A stretch of 63,702 bases of DNA, counting the filler, from Phoronis australis (taxonomy: Eukaryota; Animalia; Phoronida): assembly GCA_002633005.1 (NCBI GenBank). It is 5 parts of 5 records of this genome, joined end to end, with 100 filler letters (N's around TTAATTAATTAA, not from the genome) between each part and the next. Parts side by side here need not be neighbours in the genome. Positions count along the whole stretch, not along the records: positions 57,498 to 63,702 come from NMRA01001394.1; 4 more parts are not named here. One strand, written 5' to 3'. Shown piece after piece: positions 58,328 to 63,702 of this stretch; position 1 is the stretch's first letter, and every line of letters starts with the position of its first letter. The position numbers were made by a program, and so were the translations under genes. The notes under the pieces are model-generated. The model did not search any database. It was not told the origin of the DNA and saw only the letters and a list, made by a program, of their open reading frames with translations.

Positions 58328-60121
58328 TTCAACCTATGTGCTATAAAGTATTGCCTTCAGGAATTTTTACATACAGTTGCTGTTCTCATGAACAATACTG
58401 ATATTTCCAACATGAATACAGTCTGACAAAAAAAGCAATGGACATTATCAAGTTTGTGGACAATAAAATGCCACACAGGACTTGGCTAGTACTGAAAATC
58501 CTCTAGAAGACACGTCATGTGACAACTGATGTTGCAGAGGCAGGTTCTCTATCTCTCAAGACAACTTCAATTTGGAACTAACCAACAAGTAGAGGCAGTA
58601 CAAAACTTGAGACCATCCCATGCATTTTTGACTTAGTCAAAATTTGATTTTGATTGACTGCGTAGTGTACCTACCCCCCAACCAGTACCATTTTTTACTG
58701 TTTACAAGTGGAACACTGGGCCTAGCATTGCTTTAACTATTTTGACCAACTGATGAATGTATTGAAAACTAGGCAAATAGCACCTATAAAGTTTTTGAAA
58801 AAGTAGTTACTTGTCATTTTCTTTTTGTAAGAATCATATTGCAAGAGAAGGAAGATCTCATTATCCTGTGTTGCGGTAGATATGCAATGTATCATCATCT
58901 AGAACAACTTGATCAGCACGGTAATAACTTTTCTTATTTTAGTATGTGATACTTCTTCAATTTAATCAAAAACTTATTAAATTAACAGCTACCTTATGAA
59001 TTTTTGCATGGTAGGAGTAGGTTGTGACCACAAGTTGTGGTGTACGTACCCTTTTATACAACTGCGATGCATTAGACCATAAAATTTTATTCGGTGGTTC
59101 TTGTGCAAAAATTTTAGATTACAAACCTGGAATGATGGTACTTGAAAATGACTCGGCTGTTATAGTTACATGACAACCTTCATTTTTCACCAAAAGTGGC
59201 CATCGAATATGGACCTTGATTGTGATTTGGCCGTAGGCTATGTCGGAAAAACATCTCCAGGGGTCGGTAACAACATTTTTGTATGTTGTATGTTTATCAC
59301 AAAAAAATGAATCTTACAAAATTTGATGAAAACATAAGCATTAACATTTCCATGCTGTAAAATGTCAATTTTGGATTTGGGTCTGTTTGTTGAAGTAAGT
59401 GGATTGGCTAAAAAGTGATAGCAAAAGCACCAGCAGTTTTGGAGGTAACTCAAACCGTCGAAATTGAGGAAATTTTTGTTTTTTTCTCTAAACAAGCACC
59501 AAAGTTGAACATATACCAATTTATTTACTACAATCCAGGTTCTGTAACAAGGAAGTGATTTCTGGGTTTTGCAAAGGCCTGGCAGGTTGTTATTTCTTGA
59601 ATGGGTGGCCCACAAAATGTCACATGGTGACAGCCTTGTAAAGGTTAACAATCAAAAGTTTTTTTTTGTGATGGAAGGTGGGTTTACAGCTTGCTTAGCA
59701 AACAAGTTCTGATTTCCCATGATTTACAACTTGCTGTCTTGTTTTCCAAACTTGACACAGGTCATACAAACTCTGACACAGCAAAATCCAAACTGTAGTT
59801 TGGTGGAGTCAAAACAGATTGTGGAGAACACTGCTGTCTGCCACACAATAGTTAGGTTGACTCCTGTGGTCTTGAGCCTCAACAAATCCCATTCCATCAA
59901 GGGATACAGTTGAATAACGTTACATAATAGAGGCACACAGGTCATTTATTGCACTGGGCTATCCATAGCTGAGCAAATAAACACAATGACTGTTAATTAG
60001 AATTAGTTGGACTACACTGTGTAGTTCTGCACTTGTTGATGAGTCATGTTTGTAATTGAATATCTTGTTAATTTCCTTTTCCAGCCTATTTGCACAGGCC
60101 TTCTCAGCTTCTGATTCAAAT

Positions 60122-60543
60122 AAGGTACAGCCCAGGGACGCATGAGCATGACTCACGGACCTGCAAACACCGTCCACTAGTGACTCACAAACACAGGAAC
60201 GGACTCTCAAAACACGATCCACGCACCCAAATACACGGGACACGGACTCATATTCAAGAGGAAACACGGTTAACGGACCTCCAAACACGGGTCACGGACT
60301 CATCGACTTCCTGGGTCAGCTGACATCTACAGGTTGTCCGTAAACCGTGTTTGGCGGTCCGTTAACCGTGTTTCTTCATGAATGTGAGTCCATGTCCCGT
60401 GTATTTGGGTGAATGGATCGTGTTTTGTGAGTCCGTTCCCGTGTTTGTGAGTCCGTAGATGGTGTTTGCAGGTCCGTGAGTCGTGTTCATGCGACTCCGT
60501 GGGCCGTGTTTATGAGTCCGTTAACCGTGTAGTTAGGTACCTT
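60122..60543. mobile_element. ~420-bp foldback element built from CACGGACTC and AAACACGG subrepeats
   Basis: Arm 60128-60299 mirrors 60336-60507; outer ends are AAGGTAC and GTACCTT. Confidence 0.8.
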
Positions 60544-60774
60544 GTGATTGTCCCCAATACACTATGTAATACTACAAGGTATGACACTCCCAACTAGAAA
60601 TTCCATGGGTGCTTCACTTCAGCTGTCCATAGGTAACACAAAACTCAATAAATTTACACAAAACAGAGGTTCAACAAACCACGAGGAATTGTTCTTTCTC
60701 CCAATACCATTTACGGTGTCTTGCTCCACCCAGTTCGTAAGATATTCGTGGTTAAAGCACAAAAACCTTCTCAC

Positions 60775-60983
60775 AAAGCCCGTCTGGAGAAATGTAAATC
60801 GAAGGTCAAGGACGATTATTACGGAATTATCCGATGAATCACGGATGAACGGCAATTGCCGATTTGTCAGGGAAAGTCACAAAATTATGACAATCGGCAA
60901 TTGCCGTTCATCCGTAACTCATCGGATAATTCTGTATCGTTCTTGACCTTCGATTTACAAAGAAATTTCTCTGGACGGGCTTT
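60775..60983. mobile_element. 209-bp foldback MITE
   Basis: AAAGCCCGTC..GAGAAAT..TGTAAATCGAAGGTCAAG..ACGGATGAACGGCAATTGCCGATT is mirrored on the right arm. Confidence 0.82.
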
Positions 60984-61537
60984 TAGGGAAAATTTTTGGG
61001 CTTTGACCGCGAATTTCTTGCAAACTGGAAAATGTGTGCTATTGTATTTGTGGGAAACTGTAACTTGCCAGTAATTCCTGAAAAAATGTCGAAAGTTGGA
61101 TGTTTTCGGAACATCATTTGTGCATGAATTTGAAATGGGATCAAAAATTGGAAATTAATGATTTTGATGACAAAAATCTGTAGTTGCATAACACAAAAAA
61201 ATTACTTAGAAACTTGGACTGCTTTTCGAAAACTCAACCAAGTCATAATAGCTTATGCCAAAAAAAAATTTGGTCATTTTATTGATACTCTTGCTTTGCT
61301 GTGAACATATCTGTCCTTTTTTGTTAAATTTTGCCAAAAACATCGTTTGACATAATTAATAACAGTTAGATAGCAAGTCCAATGTTTGAAAGTACTGCAA
61401 AGTGCTGGTTAACAATATTCTTGGAAGTGTTGGGAGGCCACAGGGTTGAAGGTGTGCATGCTTGTGCGAGGAAACAGAAATGGAAAGACCAAAGACGATG
61501 GTTTGCTATTGCGTTAACTGTTTATCAGGTGCATGGA

Positions 61538-61825
61538 ATATTTTAAAAATTAATAAAAGCCCAACATTTGATTCTGCACATTGTCCACTTTAAATATACT
61601 TTTAATGAGTAAATTCTATTGTTTTGTAGATATTTGTTTAAATGCATTGTCTTGCTGAAAGCAATTTTTCAGATGTACAAAATATATTAAAAAATTAGGA
61701 AAGTCCAACATTAAATTCTGCACTCTTTCTACTTTAAACAAATGTATATTTTACTGAGTTAAAATTTTATAGTTTTGTCGGTATATATTTGGCCTAATGC
61801 AATAGCCTTGCTTAAAGGAATTTTT
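61538..61825 (+). repeat. Diverged ~135-bp AT-rich tandem duplication
   Basis: AAAG.CCAACATT..ATTCTGCAC...ACTTTAAA...TGAGT...GTTTTGT...AATGCA...CTTGCT.AAAG.AATTTTT occurs twice. Confidence 0.65.
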
Positions 61826-62408
61826 AACTTGAGAACTGGACTGACTAGATGACATGTGTTCAGTTTCCATTGGCGGTCTCCACCTACACTCTGGTGTCAT
61901 TTAATTTTAACTGGTTTTCTGACTCTTGATCAGATCTGTCAAGTACAGTTTCAACTCCAGAAGTAATCTTAAAGTTAATTATGCTGACTTAATAGTTTTA
62001 CATTAGTGTAAAAGTCTAAGAGTCAACATTTTATTGATTCACTTAATGTATATGAGTGTGAGGGGCGGAAAGAACAAATTTGTAAAAACAGAAAATCAAC
62101 TCTTGTTTTGTAAATTCAACTTTAAATAATAAATTCAATCCTATTTAAAATATAATTAAATCCTATTTCATTAATTCAATTCTATTTAATTGATTCAACC
62201 CAATTTAAAATAAAAATCAAACTTGTTTGATAATGCATCTTAGTACCAAAATTCAATTCAACTCAATAAAATCCTGTTTACAAGATTCTTTGTTTTTTCA
62301 AGTCAGATGCAGTTTTAAATTGGTTAAACACCAGATAACTGTCTATCTGGACACAAAAGCACAATCAGGTTTCAGCTCCAGTAGTTTAGTTTGGTCATTT
62401 TTCTCTAA

Positions 62409-62914
62409 AGGGCCTTTCATACTAACGTCGACGCGTCGATGGTTTGGGGAGTTGCGGTCAGTATGAATGCTTAACTCCGGTCCTGGATCGCAGTTAAGAG
62501 CTCCAGTTAACATCGCAGTTAATAGGTGGATTTAAGACCGCAGCGTCGACGCTGCGGTGCAGTATGAACGCTTAACCCCGGTCCAATCGAAGTTATCGCC
62601 AGGTGCCACTGTTATCGTCAACAGTTACAGAGTAGTGCCGTCACTAATAACTACTTATTTTTTGCTTTAATGACAACCAATCGATTTAAAAATGTGTTTA
62701 CTGTCATTTAGCACATTTAAATGTTCCAAATTGTCACATTGAAAAAAATCTTAGCGTGCAGCGCTACCTTGCGATAACTTCGATGACGTCAACGTCACCA
62801 ACCCTTTTCTTCGATGGTCATTAACTACCGAAGCCAGTATGAACGGTCCAGTTAACTGCGCTGTTTACGTCGACGCTCCGCTCAGACCGGAGTTAAGTCA
62901 ATATGAAAGGGCCT
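62409..62914. mobile_element. PIF/Harbinger-like MITE with TAA TSD
   Basis: TAA|AGGGCCTTTCATACT...ATATGAAAGGGCCT|TAA, with internal repeats CAGTATGAAYG and CGTCGACG. Confidence 0.8.
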
Positions 62915-63702
62915 TAAAGTTTGTAATTGCCAGTGTCACTGTCATGGCTGATGACAGGTAGCCCATCAACTGAGTAGGAAACATTCTGGTTTGTTTATTT
63001 TCTTGGTGCCTCTTTCCAACTCAGGAACTGAGTGGAATATGCACTTTATGACCTTTTCTTAAGCTTTCTCTTCAATGAAGGCTCTCTTGAACCCACTTGT
63101 TGAGGTTACATGGGAGTACTTGATGCATAACTTGGCACGACTTGGCAAAAATCCGAGGTTGCCAAACGGAATCTGAGGCTAGCAAAGGTGACGTCAAAAT
63201 TGTCAACTAAAAAAAGGCTGTGGTGTACTCTTCAGTTTCTCACCGTAAAAAATATGCACCAGCCAATCTATCTCAATTGCTCTTGCCAATGAAAAATGCA
63301 GATGATTGCATACACTGGAGGGTGGAGGTGCCTGTTTCATGGTCCGAACTTGCCCGATTTTTGCCAAACAATCTTCAATTTAAAAAATGCTTAAGGTTTG
63401 CTCTTAGTGCAACCAAGTTAATTTTGCTCTCCTAACCACATATAATAAATTTTCGAAAGAAAGCTTTACTTTAAACAACATTGCAGAGTCAACATCTGCA
63501 CAACTAAACTTAAATGGGCAGATTTTGCTCCAAGGATTGGTAGCAATTCTGAACCTTTGATTTCTTCTAACAGTCAAAATGGATACATTTGACTGGAATG
63601 GCAGTAGGACTAGTGCATTATTAGATAAGGGGGGGGGGTTCACTTATTAACTGTCAGATCCACTTGGTAACTAAAATATTTGTAGTCCATTTGAAGATCT
63701 AT

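Noticed and set aside
21744-63702. The many 60-150 aa ORFs in the supplied track
   Set aside because: Apart from those assigned to transposon or pseudogene remnants, they lack recognisable motifs, often use non-ATG starts and are the size expected by chance.

Overview
This is animal genomic DNA, probably from a non-insect invertebrate: it has GT-AG introns, a TTAGGG-type telomeric tract and a heavy transposon load. It is a draft assembly with four artificial 100-bp gap spacers and five single-n joins. Two host genes lie in the first 20 kb. The first is the 3' part of a sacsin-like gene (large exon, phase-0 intron, HEPN exon) whose J-domain HPD motif reads HPY. The second is an 8.3-kb uninterrupted reading frame encoding two tandem CD20/MS4A-like four-helix membrane domains followed by a ~2,370-aa low-complexity tail; it is the most unusual object in the window. 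The remaining ~44 kb is mostly decayed mobile DNA: Ty3/Gypsy remnants, an RNase H-bearing LINE, Penelope-like fragments with minimal hammerhead ribozyme motifs, hAT/Academ/piggyBac-like remnants, foldback MITEs and a TTAA-bounded 4.6-kb unit with ~1-kb inverted arms. It also holds a probable FAM111-like protease pseudogene. All family assignments come from motifs recognised by eye, with no database search.
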